64,000 nucleotides of DNA from an uncultured Aliarcobacter sp. (GCA_963677435.1 OY781945.1:992001-1056000), one strand, 5' to 3'; shown: positions 52,473 through 62,210, counted from the first letter of the stretch. Numbers and translations: made by a program. The notes: generated from the letters alone by a model not told the origin.

Positions 52473-53753
52473 TTAAGCTTTTTTCTTTAATACAATAAGA
52501 AGTACTCCAATAACAGCTGCTATAAAAGAAGCTGCAAAAACTCCCAATTTAACTGCTGCAATGATTGTCTCATCTGAAAAGGCAAGGTGAGTGATAAAAA
52601 TTGACATTGTAAAACCAATACCACCTAAAAAACCAACTGCAAGGACATCATACCAAGAAATATCATCTGGTTTTTTAATAATTCCAAATTTTGTAGCTAA
52701 GAATGTAAAACCAAAAATACCAATTGGTTTTCCTAAGATTAATCCTAAAACTACTCCTAAAACTATCATCATATTTGCTGATATTGTAGAGAAATCTATT
52801 AAAACTCCTGCATTTGAGAATGCAAATAAAGGCATAATAAAAAATGCAGATAAACCATGAAGATTATGTTCTAATTTTACAAGTGGATTTTGAACCTTAT
52901 CATATCCATGGGCAATGCTTTCAAGAGCATCTATTTGATGGTGATTTAAAATAGGAATAGTATCTATATTTTTTTCAAATTCATCTACAGATTCTCTTGT
53001 TTTTTCTATAAAATCATGTTCATCTAATTTTGAACTAATAGGAATTGCAAAAGCTAATAAAACCCCAGCAATTGTTGCATGAATTCCAATTTCGTGGATA
53101 AAAATCCATAAGAAAATACCTAAAATTAAATAAGGTAAAATCTTCTTAACTCCTAAATAATTTAAAAGCCAAATAAGTGCATATGTAACACCTGCATGTA
53201 AAAAGTATTCTACTTTTATTTCACTTGTATAAACAGTTGCCACCACTAAAACAGCACCTAAATCATCAACAACCGCAAGGGCAACTAAAAATAGTTTTAG
53301 TGCTGGATTTACTCTAGTTCCAAGTAACATTAAAATACCAAGAGCAAAAGCAATATCTGTAGCCATTGGAATACCAAATCCTAAAGGATTATCTGTATTT
53401 AAAGCAACATAAACAAGTGCTGGAACTACCATTCCTCCAATTGCAGCAATAATTGGGAAAGCAGCTTTTGAAACAGATGAAAGTTCACCTATTACCATTT
53501 CTCTTTTGATTTCAAGACCAACCATTAAGAAAAACAGTGCCATAAGACCATCATCAATCCAATAAGTTAAACTCATAGAGATTGATTTGTCCCCTAAAGT
53601 CATTCCAAGTGGCATATGCCATAAATCATAATAAGCTTGACCCCAACTTGAATTTGCAACTATAACAGCAGCAACAGTTGCAAGAAAGAGTAAAATACCA
53701 CTTAATGCTTCTTTTGAAATAAAATCTTCTAATAATAAAAATTTCTTAATCAT
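52473..53753 (-). CDS. nhaA: Na+/H+ antiporter NhaA
   Basis: DGLMALFF..GLEIKRE, IPMATDIAFA, LAVVDDLGA, GKPIGI, GIGFTMSIF. ATG 53753 overlaps the stop of the Fur-family gene (track start 53774). Confidence 0.95.
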   Translation of the reverse strand: MIKKFLLLEDFISKEALSGILLFLATVAAVIVANSSWGQAYYDLWHMPLGMTLGDKSISMSLTYWIDDGLMALFFLMVGLEIKREMVIGELSSVSKAAFPIIAAIGGMVVPALVYVALNTDNPLGFGIPMATDIAFALGILMLLGTRVNPALKLFLVALAVVDDLGAVLVVATVYTSEIKVEYFLHAGVTYALIWLLNYLGVKKILPYLILGIFLWIFIHEIGIHATIAGVLLAFAIPISSKLDEHDFIEKTRESVDEFEKNIDTIPILNHHQIDALESIAHGYDKVQNPLVKLEHNLHGLSAFFIMPLFAFSNAGVLIDFSTISANMMIVLGVVLGLILGKPIGIFGFTFLATKFGIIKKPDDISWYDVLAVGFLGGIGFTMSIFITHLAFSDETIIAAVKLGVFAASFIAAVIGVLLIVLKKKA

Positions 53754-54130
53754 ATATTTTCCTTGAGTAAACAACTTTTACAAATACCTTTTATGATGAT
53801 ATTTTCAATTTTATATTCTGGTAGAAAAAAGTCTAACTTTTCATGAATACACTCAATTTTTGAACATGAAGAACAAATAAAGTGAGAATGTTGTGTTTTT
53901 TTGATTTCAAAATATCTTTTTTTATCATTTGATTCAAAAGAACTAATAAGATTTTCTTCTTCAAAAATAGTGATATTTCTATAAAAAGTTGCCTTATCCA
54001 TCGAAATATTATCTTTCATATCTTCATACGACAAGGGTTTATTTGAACTAATTAACAGTTCCAAAATAGATTTTCTGGCACTTGTTAGCTTGATATTTGT
54101 AATGTTTGTTAAGTTTGTTATTTTATCCAT
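53750..54130 (-). CDS. Fur-family metalloregulator (Zur-like)
   Basis: LTSARKSIL, DKATFYRN, HSHFICSSC, GICKSC; divergent from a ZnuA-like gene. Confidence 0.85.
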   Translation of the reverse strand: MDKITNLTNITNIKLTSARKSILELLISSNKPLSYEDMKDNISMDKATFYRNITIFEEENLISSFESNDKKRYFEIKKTQHSHFICSSCSKIECIHEKLDFFLPEYKIENIIIKGICKSCLLKENI

Positions 54131-54167
54131 AGTAATTATTATAGCAATTTATTTTTAAACTTACTTT

Positions 54168-54228
54168 TACGACTAAGTTGCAATAAAGAAAAAATTAATT
54201 AGAATTGCCAAACTGCAACAAGGTTGCA
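54168..54228. promoter_or_regulatory. Two candidate operators TGCAAC-N3-GTTGCA
   Basis: Perfect TGCAAC-AAG-GTTGCA at 54214-54228; imperfect TACGAC-TAA-GTTGCA at 54168-54182. Confidence 0.7.
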
Positions 54229-54249
54229 AAATAAAATTAGGAATTTATA

Positions 54250-55104
54250 TTGAAAAAAATAGTATTAATCTTTATATTTTTAATTTCATTTTTATACGCT
54301 TCAAAACCAGAATTATCTGTAAGTATTTTACCTCAGAAATATTTTGTTGAAAAAATTGTAAAAGATAAATATGAAATAAATGTTATGGTAAAACCAGGTG
54401 CTTCTCCTCATACTTATGAGCCAAAATCTTCTCAAATGAAATCTTTATTTGCTTCGAAAGTCTATTTTTATACTGGAGTCTCTTTTGAACAAGCTTGGTT
54501 GGATAAATTTAAACAAAATGCTCAGAATACTCTTTTTGTAGATGCAACAAGTGGAATTGATAAAATGCAAATGGTAGAAGATGAACATCATGATGAAAAA
54601 GCAGGGCATGACCATTCTGGTTTAGATCCACATGTTTGGTTAGATCCAAATTTAGTAAAAATTCAAGCAAAAAACATCTATGAAATAATGATAAAAATCG
54701 ATTCTTCTAATGCAGATTTTTATAAAACAAATTATGAAGAATTTTTAAAAGAGCTAGATATTTTAGATGAAAATATTAAAACAATTTTAAATCCCTATAA
54801 AGAAAAACCATTTATGGTATTTCATCCATCTTGGGGATATTTTGCAAAAAGATATAACTTAGAAGAGATCTCAATTGAGATTGAAGGTAAAGAGCCAAAA
54901 CCTAGTGAATTGGTTGAATTGATTCAAAAAGCAAAAGAACATGATATAAAAATCATTTTTGTTTCACCTCAATTTTCGCAAAAAAGTGCAAAAGCAATTT
55001 CTAAAAATATTAGTGCAAATATATTTGAAATAGATCCCTTATCTCAAGATTGGGAAAATAGCATGTTAAATACAGCAAAACAAATAGCGGATAGTTATAA
55101 ATGA
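54250..55104 (+). CDS. ZnuA/TroA-like metal-binding periplasmic protein
   Basis: PGASPHTYEP, His/acid loop EDEHHDEKAGHDH, DPHVWLDP, FHPSWGYF, EGKEP. Confidence 0.92.
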   Translation: MKKIVLIFIFLISFLYASKPELSVSILPQKYFVEKIVKDKYEINVMVKPGASPHTYEPKSSQMKSLFASKVYFYTGVSFEQAWLDKFKQNAQNTLFVDATSGIDKMQMVEDEHHDEKAGHDHSGLDPHVWLDPNLVKIQAKNIYEIMIKIDSSNADFYKTNYEEFLKELDILDENIKTILNPYKEKPFMVFHPSWGYFAKRYNLEEISIEIEGKEPKPSELVELIQKAKEHDIKIIFVSPQFSQKSAKAISKNISANIFEIDPLSQDWENSMLNTAKQIADSYK

Positions 55105-56570
55105 TAAAATATATTTTAGGAATATTAATCTTTACAAGCATTCTTTTTGGATGTTCTTTATGTTCTATGACAACTCCTAAAACTCATGTTGATACTCAAA
55201 TTAAAGCAGATAAAGAATATATCAAAACTTTGAGAATTAACTGGACTTTTGCAGATGATTTTACAAAGCAGTTAATGCAGATTTATGATACAAACTTAGA
55301 TGGAAGTTTCAATGAAAAAGAGTTAGTTGTTATTCAAGCATCCTTGGTTGATTATTTAGAACAAAAACATTTTATTACAACTATTTCATATGGTAAGAAT
55401 TTAGATGAAAAACCAAATGATTATGTTGTAAAAGATTATAAAATGAATTATAAAAATTCAACTTTGAGTTTTACATATAATATTGATTTAAACTATAAGA
55501 TTTATGATAAAAATATTTTACAAATAAAAATCGTAGATAATCAAAACTATTTTGATATTGTTTTTAATCCTAAAAAACAGTTAATGAATATACCTTATAA
55601 AATTACAGAAACTTCAAATATAAATGATGTGAGTTTCAAAATAGATGCTCCTTCTTTGCCTGAACAAGAAGATGTACCAAAAGCAGAAGTTCTAATCCCT
55701 GAAATAAAAAAGGTTGAAGAAAAAGTAGAAGCAAAACAAGTTCAAACTCCTGTAAATACTCAAGTTCAAAGTCAAAATATTTTAGAAAAATTTACTCAAA
55801 ATATAAAAAAATATTTAATGGCAATTCAAAAAGGGGAAGATAAATCTGCTTTATTCTTTTTATTAATGGCTTCTTTTTTATATGGAGTAATTCATGCTTT
55901 TGGCCCAGGTCATGGAAAAGCTTTGACATTTTCATATTTTAGCTCTCAAAAAAGTTCAGTTTTACAAGCTGCAATAATTTCCCTTGCAACAGCATTTATT
56001 CATATTCTTGGAGCTTTAGGAATAGTTTTATTTTCAGTTTTTGTTTTACAAAGTGTGCTAAATAGGTTTATGCAAGATTCGGTTTCTTATATTACCAGTT
56101 TTTCTGCTTTGATTATTATGCTACTTGCAGTTTATATTTTATATAGAAAATTGAGTAAAAAGTCATGTGCTTGTTGTTGTAGTGTTGATTTAAAAACTAC
56201 AAATTTCACAGCAGTCTCTTCAAATATGAATTTTGTAAAAGCAGTTTCAAATAAGCCTGTGATTACTCCTATTAGAACTAAAAAACAAGATTTGATTTTT
56301 GTTATAACTGCTGGAATAATCCCATGTCCTGGAACTGTTTTACTTTTTGTTTATGCCTTTTTATTAAAAACATATTTTGCAGTTATTCTTGCAAGTATTA
56401 GTATTAGTTTTGGAATGGCATTTGTGATATTTTTATCTTCATTTTTAGGAGTTTCTTTAAATAAAGCCTCACAAAAATCAACAAAATTGGTAAATATATT
56501 AGAAATTGGTTCACCAATTTTTATGTTTGTTTTAGGATTATTGTTATTTTTAAATGCTAATAAATTCTAA
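55101..56570 (+). CDS. Periplasmic DUF1007-like domain fused to an RcnA/NicO-family metal permease
   Basis: N-terminal CSLC...H, WTFADDFT, YDTNLDG; C-terminal YGVIHAFGPGHGK, AFIH, GIIPCPG. Confidence 0.82.
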   Translation: MIKYILGILIFTSILFGCSLCSMTTPKTHVDTQIKADKEYIKTLRINWTFADDFTKQLMQIYDTNLDGSFNEKELVVIQASLVDYLEQKHFITTISYGKNLDEKPNDYVVKDYKMNYKNSTLSFTYNIDLNYKIYDKNILQIKIVDNQNYFDIVFNPKKQLMNIPYKITETSNINDVSFKIDAPSLPEQEDVPKAEVLIPEIKKVEEKVEAKQVQTPVNTQVQSQNILEKFTQNIKKYLMAIQKGEDKSALFFLLMASFLYGVIHAFGPGHGKALTFSYFSSQKSSVLQAAIISLATAFIHILGALGIVLFSVFVLQSVLNRFMQDSVSYITSFSALIIMLLAVYILYRKLSKKSCACCCSVDLKTTNFTAVSSNMNFVKAVSNKPVITPIRTKKQDLIFVITAGIIPCPGTVLLFVYAFLLKTYFAVILASISISFGMAFVIFLSSFLGVSLNKASQKSTKLVNILEIGSPIFMFVLGLLLFLNANKF

Positions 56571-56577
56571 TTTTTTA

Positions 56578-57132
56578 TCAAAGCATCTTTATCATGTGAT
56601 GATATTGATGCTTCGATACTTCTAAAATAGTGTTTTTTTGAAATCCAATTTTTTCATATAAAGATAGAGCTTTTAGATTTTGTAAATCAACTAAAAGTGA
56701 AACTTTTTCAAATTCTAACTCTTTAGCTTTTTTTTCAATAAAAGCAAATAACTCTTTTGCTATTCCTTGTCCTTGAAAATTCTCATTAACACTAACTGTA
56801 TCAATATAAAATTCATTTTCAAAACACTCTTTATCAAAAGAGTCTAGGAAAATATTTTTAGATTGTAGATGATTTAAAATTGGCTCATCTAATTTTTTTA
56901 TATCATTTGAATTATAAGCTAGGATTAATCCTACTGTTTGATTTTCTATTTCATAAAGCCAGATATTTTTATAACTTAATCTATTTATATCCATCATTAT
57001 GTATTTATCTAATGTCTCTAAGATTTTTGATTTTTCATCTTCTCCTGTTAAAGTATTTGCAATATTATGAATTGCATCTAAAATTAGAGTTGAAATATTT
57101 GAAATATCATTCTTTTGTGCTTGTTTTATCAT
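56578..57132 (-). CDS. GNAT-family acetyltransferase
   Basis: YIDTVSVNENFQGQGIAKEL, NLKALSLYEKIGF. Confidence 0.9.
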   Translation of the reverse strand: MIKQAQKNDISNISTLILDAIHNIANTLTGEDEKSKILETLDKYIMMDINRLSYKNIWLYEIENQTVGLILAYNSNDIKKLDEPILNHLQSKNIFLDSFDKECFENEFYIDTVSVNENFQGQGIAKELFAFIEKKAKELEFEKVSLLVDLQNLKALSLYEKIGFQKNTILEVSKHQYHHMIKML

Positions 57133-57221
57133 TATGCTTCTTTTAAATAAATTTTTGAATTATATCCTATTAAACTAACAGATAATTAATAGATATTCTC
57201 TAAAATGCTCATATTGTAAAA

Positions 57222-57899
57222 TTGGAGAAAACATTGAAAGCAGTAAAAATTTTAGTTTTAGAAAGTAATGATAGTTCAATCTCTCAAATTATTGAAATTT
57301 TAAAAAGTAACGATTTTCATGTGGATATTTGCTGTAATAAGAGTGAATTCTTGGAGTGTATTTATAATAATTTATATGACTTATATTTAATCAATATTAA
57401 TGAAAAATCACTTCCTAGGTTTCAACTAATTCAGCTTTTAAATGAGTATAAAGATATTACTATGAAAATGGTAATAGCTTCAGTTCCAAATATAATCAAG
57501 CCATCTTTTTTATCTGGCTGTGATGAGTGTGTAATTAGAAATATTGATGAAGATGAAATTCTTTTAAGAATAAAAGCTTTAATTAGAAGACAATACAAAG
57601 TTTACACTGATTCTATAAATCTAAAAGAGAATACGAAATATGATATTTTCCATAAAAAAGTATTAAAAAATAAAGATGAAATAATTCTAGGAGATAAAGC
57701 TTTATTGATTTTAGATTATTTATTAAAATTTAGAGGATATTATGTTTCAACACAAAGTTTAGAAAAAGGAGCATATCCTGCAAATAGCAACTCTAAAATG
57801 GGAGTAATTCGTTTTCATATCCATAAAATCAGACAGCTTTTAGGTAATGATATTATAAGTTCAAGCCGAGTAAATGGCTATAAAATAAATATTAAATAA
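57222..57899 (+). CDS. OmpR-type regulator with degenerate (pseudo) receiver domain
   Basis: LVLESN, YDLYLININ, EILLRIKALIRR, winged helix IRFHIHKIRQLLG...GYKI. Confidence 0.8.
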   Translation: MEKTLKAVKILVLESNDSSISQIIEILKSNDFHVDICCNKSEFLECIYNNLYDLYLININEKSLPRFQLIQLLNEYKDITMKMVIASVPNIIKPSFLSGCDECVIRNIDEDEILLRIKALIRRQYKVYTDSINLKENTKYDIFHKKVLKNKDEIILGDKALLILDYLLKFRGYYVSTQSLEKGAYPANSNSKMGVIRFHIHKIRQLLGNDIISSSRVNGYKINIK

Positions 57900-58000
57900 A
57901 CTTCTTAATCCTCTTAAAATAATAAAAAATTACAAACGAACAATTAACAATGTAGCATTAAAATAGCATCTGCATAAGCAAATAAATATATAGGGAGGAT

Positions 58001-59401
58001 TTGGGTATGTTTGATTACCCCATTTTTGAGATGCCTTTTATAGGTCAAAGAATGTTAATGGCAATAAATGCGATTATACATGTTTTTGTATCTCATGGAG
58101 GCGCAGTTGGTGGATCTGTTGTACTTGCAGCAATGGCTTGGTGGGCAAATAAGAAAAACGATATGGCAGCATATAATTTAACATTTAAAGTTGTTATGGT
58201 TTTCTTTATTATTTCTACTTCAGTTGGAGCATTAACAGGTGTTGGTATGTGGATACATGCCAATATTTTAAGTCCAAATGCAATTGGTGGATTGATTCGT
58301 GTGTTTTTTTGGAAATGGTTTATAGAGTGGATTGTATTTAATTTTGAAGTTGTACTTTTACTTTTACTATTTATGAGTTGGAAGAAAAATCAAGTTACAC
58401 CTGAGGGAAGGGCAAAAACTGTAAGAATAGGTGTTTATTATGCTATTTCTTCATGGTTAACTATGGTTATTATTACAGCTATTTTAGCATTTATGCTTAC
58501 TCCAAATTTTGATGGACAACCTTGGGTTGACCCTGAAGTTTACCCTGGGAATGTAAACTACAACAATGCTTTATTTAATCCAACTTGGTGGCCTTCACTT
58601 GCCTTTAGAACATTTACATCAATAGCTTTCGCAGCAGCACTTGCCATTATGTGGACTTGGATCATCGCAACTTTTTCAAAAAATGAAGAAGACAAGGACG
58701 CAAAAGCAAGATTAGTGAAATTTTTAGCTGGAATTATGATGATTACAGTTCCTTTGAGTGCAATCTTTGGTTATTGGTATTACACAGAAATTCCAGCAGC
58801 AGCCCTTGCAATGATACCAACAGCTGTAATGACAAGAGCCTTTGAAGATAGATTTGATTTAATGTATCTTATGGCTATTGGAGTTGGTGGCTCAATTGTT
58901 ATTACAACTATTATTGCTTATTTTTCTCCAAAAAGAATGCCTTATTTAGCAGCTAGTTTAATGGTTGCTGGATTTTTAGTACTTTGGGGATATGAAGAGA
59001 GAGTTAGAGAGTTTATACGAAAACCATTTTTGATTTATAACTATATGTATTCAAATGGAATTAGAACTACAGATGTACCTTATTTAAATAAAGTTGGTAT
59101 TTTAAAACATGCAGTTTTTTTAGATGAAGATAAAAAAGTTGTAAAAGAGGATAAATCAAATATTATTGAAGTAGGGAAGTCAGTTTTTCAAATAGAGTGT
59201 CGTATCTGCCATACTAATAATGGTATCAATGGATTAAAAGGTTTAACATCTGGTTGGTCACATGATGCTATTAGAAATAGGTTAAATAATCTTCCAGGAG
59301 GAGGGACTCCATACATGCCTCCATTTGTTGGAACTGAAGCTGAAAAAGATGCACTTGCAGCTTATATTAAATCTATAAATACTAAAGGAGTTATAAAATG
59401 A
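58001..59401 (+). CDS. Cytochrome bd subunit-I-like membrane protein fused to C-terminal cytochrome c
   Basis: IIHVFVSH, GALTGVGMW, FIEWIVFNFE, AFMLTP, LFNP and REFIRKPF line up by eye with CydA motifs; CRICH...YMPPF. Confidence 0.75.
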   Translation: MGMFDYPIFEMPFIGQRMLMAINAIIHVFVSHGGAVGGSVVLAAMAWWANKKNDMAAYNLTFKVVMVFFIISTSVGALTGVGMWIHANILSPNAIGGLIRVFFWKWFIEWIVFNFEVVLLLLLFMSWKKNQVTPEGRAKTVRIGVYYAISSWLTMVIITAILAFMLTPNFDGQPWVDPEVYPGNVNYNNALFNPTWWPSLAFRTFTSIAFAAALAIMWTWIIATFSKNEEDKDAKARLVKFLAGIMMITVPLSAIFGYWYYTEIPAAALAMIPTAVMTRAFEDRFDLMYLMAIGVGGSIVITTIIAYFSPKRMPYLAASLMVAGFLVLWGYEERVREFIRKPFLIYNYMYSNGIRTTDVPYLNKVGILKHAVFLDEDKKVVKEDKSNIIEVGKSVFQIECRICHTNNGINGLKGLTSGWSHDAIRNRLNNLPGGGTPYMPPFVGTEAEKDALAAYIKSINTKGVIK

Positions 59402-60726
59402 ATTGGAAATTACCGTTTGATATTCCATTAATTACACCAACTTTAGGACTTCCTTTAGAGTTTTTTAGTATTTTAGGAATTATAGTTTTTGTTGTTCATA
59501 TCTGTTTTATTTATATGTTAATTGGAGCATCAACTGCTTCTGTTATTTATAATATTGTTGGAGTATTTAAAAAAGATTCAAACTATGATAAGTTTGCCTA
59601 TAGAATGACAAACTATACAACTGTATCAGAAAATATGGGTGCTTTATGGGGAGTTGCTCCTTTACTTGTAATTTCTGTACTTTTTACTGGATTTTTTTAT
59701 ACAGCAATTTTGAAAGTTAGTCCACATATTTTACATATTATTTATGGAAATATCATTGCCTTTTTACTCTCTTATGCGTATAAATTTTCATGGCATGCTT
59801 TACAAAATCATAAAGGTTTTCATATAGCTATTGGATTATCAGCTGTATTGGCATTTTTTACACTTCCTTTTGTATTTATGTCAATGACAAATCTTTATAT
59901 GCAACCAGAATTATTTGCAACTGTAAATAATATTTGGGACATTATGTTTACACCAGTTACTGGTTTTAGACTTTTAAACTTTTTCCTAACAGCATTTATG
60001 GCAACAGGTGTTGTTTTAATATTTATCGGTGCTAGATGGGTGAAAAAAGGTGATGTTGAAGTGGGAAAAATTGCAATCAGCCAAGGTAAAAAATGGTTCT
60101 TACTTGCAACTCCTTTAAATATCGTAGTAATGCCACTATTGCCATTTGTATTTACAGCTCGAATTAGTGAAGCTTTAATGCATACTGGATTTATATATTT
60201 ACCATTTATCTCTTCAATACTTTTAATTATTGCATTTTTATTTGTATTAAGTAAATTTAATGATGAACTTGTAACTTCACAATCAGCTATAAGAGCCATC
60301 GCTCTTGTATTAGTTTCAATTTTCTTAATGGCAACAACAAGAGAAGGAGTAAGAGTTGTATCTTTTGCTGAACCACTTGCTCTTCAAGCCCAAGCAACTC
60401 AAGAGTTTATGACAGCTTCAATTTCTGAGTATAAAAAATATAAAGAAGAGATGGCTAATAAACCAGTTCTTGATTTAACAAATCCAGTAACTTTGGCTGA
60501 ATCAAAAGGGTGTTTAGCTTGTCATAGTGTGGATATGAAATTAGTTGGACCTTCATATAATGAGGTGTCAAATAAAGAAAGAGACAAAGATGTTTTAATT
60601 CACTCTATTCAATATGGAAGTGCAAATAAATATGATGTTATTCCTATGCCTGCACAAAATGTGTCAGCAGAAGAAGCACAAATACTTGTAGATTGGATTC
60701 TTTCTTTAAAAGATGCTAATAAATGA
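59398..60726 (+). CDS. Second CydA-like membrane protein fused to C-terminal c551-type cytochrome c
   Basis: FVVHICF, GVAPLLVISV, multiple TMs, CLACH...VGPSY...IPMPAQ; ATGA overlap. Confidence 0.7.
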   Translation: MNWKLPFDIPLITPTLGLPLEFFSILGIIVFVVHICFIYMLIGASTASVIYNIVGVFKKDSNYDKFAYRMTNYTTVSENMGALWGVAPLLVISVLFTGFFYTAILKVSPHILHIIYGNIIAFLLSYAYKFSWHALQNHKGFHIAIGLSAVLAFFTLPFVFMSMTNLYMQPELFATVNNIWDIMFTPVTGFRLLNFFLTAFMATGVVLIFIGARWVKKGDVEVGKIAISQGKKWFLLATPLNIVVMPLLPFVFTARISEALMHTGFIYLPFISSILLIIAFLFVLSKFNDELVTSQSAIRAIALVLVSIFLMATTREGVRVVSFAEPLALQAQATQEFMTASISEYKKYKEEMANKPVLDLTNPVTLAESKGCLACHSVDMKLVGPSYNEVSNKERDKDVLIHSIQYGSANKYDVIPMPAQNVSAEEAQILVDWILSLKDANK

Positions 60727-61196
60727 AAATAGTTAAAATTTTTTTTCTATTTGTGATATTAAAAGAGGTGGTTTTTGCCACCTCTTTTTCATTAGAATCA
60801 CTAGAAAAAGGCAAAGTAAATATTGTTGCCTTTGTAACTTCTTGGTGTCCTGTTTGTATTAATACAAATGATTATTTAATTTCTTTAGCTCAAAAAAATA
60901 GTGGAATCTCTGTTTTTTTACTTTTTGTGGATGAAGATATTCCAAGTTCAATAATTCAAACTGCAAATTTAAAACTTAGTTCAATTTCATTTAATGATTC
61001 AAAAGAGTTTGGAGTGACACAAAGTGTTCCTTATATTTTGATTTTCGATAAAAAGAGTGAACTTGTAAAAAAATATCACACATTCAACGAAAATTTGATT
61101 AGTAAACTGATTAATAATCTAAAAAATGACCTATATGAAAATGGAACATTACCACCAGAACAAAGGATAGATTTATGGCAAAAAAACAGATTTTAG
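60723..61196 (+). CDS. Exported thioredoxin-fold protein
   Basis: Signal-like N-terminus, SWCPVC, FGVTQSVPYILIFDK. Confidence 0.8.
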   Translation: MKIVKIFFLFVILKEVVFATSFSLESLEKGKVNIVAFVTSWCPVCINTNDYLISLAQKNSGISVFLLFVDEDIPSSIIQTANLKLSSISFNDSKEFGVTQSVPYILIFDKKSELVKKYHTFNENLISKLINNLKNDLYENGTLPPEQRIDLWQKNRF

Positions 61197-62044
61197 CTCC
61201 AACTTTACTTATCACATTTTTTTTATATGTTTTATCTCCTTGGTTGAGTTTTAATAATGTTCATTTATTGATGTTTAACTTTGAGTTTCACAGATTTGAG
61301 TTTTTATTTATGGCTTTTGAGGCTTCAACTCATCAACTCATTTATATAATTGTTTCTTTATTTATTGGTTTATTATTAGGATTAAACTTAACAATTTCAA
61401 GATTTTTTTGTGGATATTTTTGTCCCTCATCAATAGCCTCTGCTATTGCTTTAAAAATTAAAAATCCATTTGTACTTTTTTTTACAATTTTAAGTTTTGC
61501 TTTTATCTTGGCCTTTTCAACTATTTCATATTTTACATCAGCTGTTGATTTGTTTTTAAATTTCAGTAAATTTGATATGAGTTCGATTTTTGTAGGTATT
61601 CTAACTACAGCATTTACAAGTATTTTTTTACTATTTCGTGCTTGGTATTGCTCAATTTTATGTCCATACTTTTTTGTAAGTGCAATTTTGCCACAAGAAA
61701 AAAAACAAACCTTTGAGTTTTTTGATAAAGATAGTTGTATAAGTTGTGAAAAGTGTGTAAAAATCTGTCCTATTGATGACCTTGATATAAAAGCTGGTTT
61801 TGATATAAGATGTGTTCAGTGTGGACTTTGTGAAGTTGCTTGTGAAAGCATAATGGAAAAGTTTAATAAAACATCTTTGATTATAAAAAAGTTTAAAGAT
61901 AGAAATATTTTTAGAAGTTTTTCCCAAAATGCTTATATTTTGGGAATTATTATTTTTGTGTTGATGTTTCTTTTAGTTTTTTATATTTTAGATAGCTCAT
62001 TTTTAGATAACTGTTATTTTGTAAATAAGAGTCTATATAAATAA
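61175..62044 (+). CDS. Membrane-bound 4Fe-4S protein (CcoG/RdxA/NapH-like)
   Basis: RFFCGYFCP, WYCSILCPY, CISCEKCVKICP, CVQCGLCEVAC and several TMs. Confidence 0.85.
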   Translation: MAKKQILAPTLLITFFLYVLSPWLSFNNVHLLMFNFEFHRFEFLFMAFEASTHQLIYIIVSLFIGLLLGLNLTISRFFCGYFCPSSIASAIALKIKNPFVLFFTILSFAFILAFSTISYFTSAVDLFLNFSKFDMSSIFVGILTTAFTSIFLLFRAWYCSILCPYFFVSAILPQEKKQTFEFFDKDSCISCEKCVKICPIDDLDIKAGFDIRCVQCGLCEVACESIMEKFNKTSLIIKKFKDRNIFRSFSQNAYILGIIIFVLMFLLVFYILDSSFLDNCYFVNKSLYK

Positions 62045-62210
62045 ATGGTCAAATCCTATTAAACATATGAATTACATTCAGAAAATTAGTAGGAGAAGAC
62101 TGTTTGTAAATAAAAAATTATAATATTTTGTTTAATTTTTTATGACCATTTATGAAATCTTAGTTATAAATTGTTAATTTTTTGTTTGATATATTAAAGA
62201 AGTAATAATG

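Noticed and set aside
5261..61927. Short ORF-track entries antisense or out of frame within long genes (e.g. 5504-5836, 17745-18002, 47492-47686, 59895-60299)
   Set aside because: These are shadow ORFs of real genes; the recurring antisense ORF in MCPs reflects the conserved signalling hairpin.
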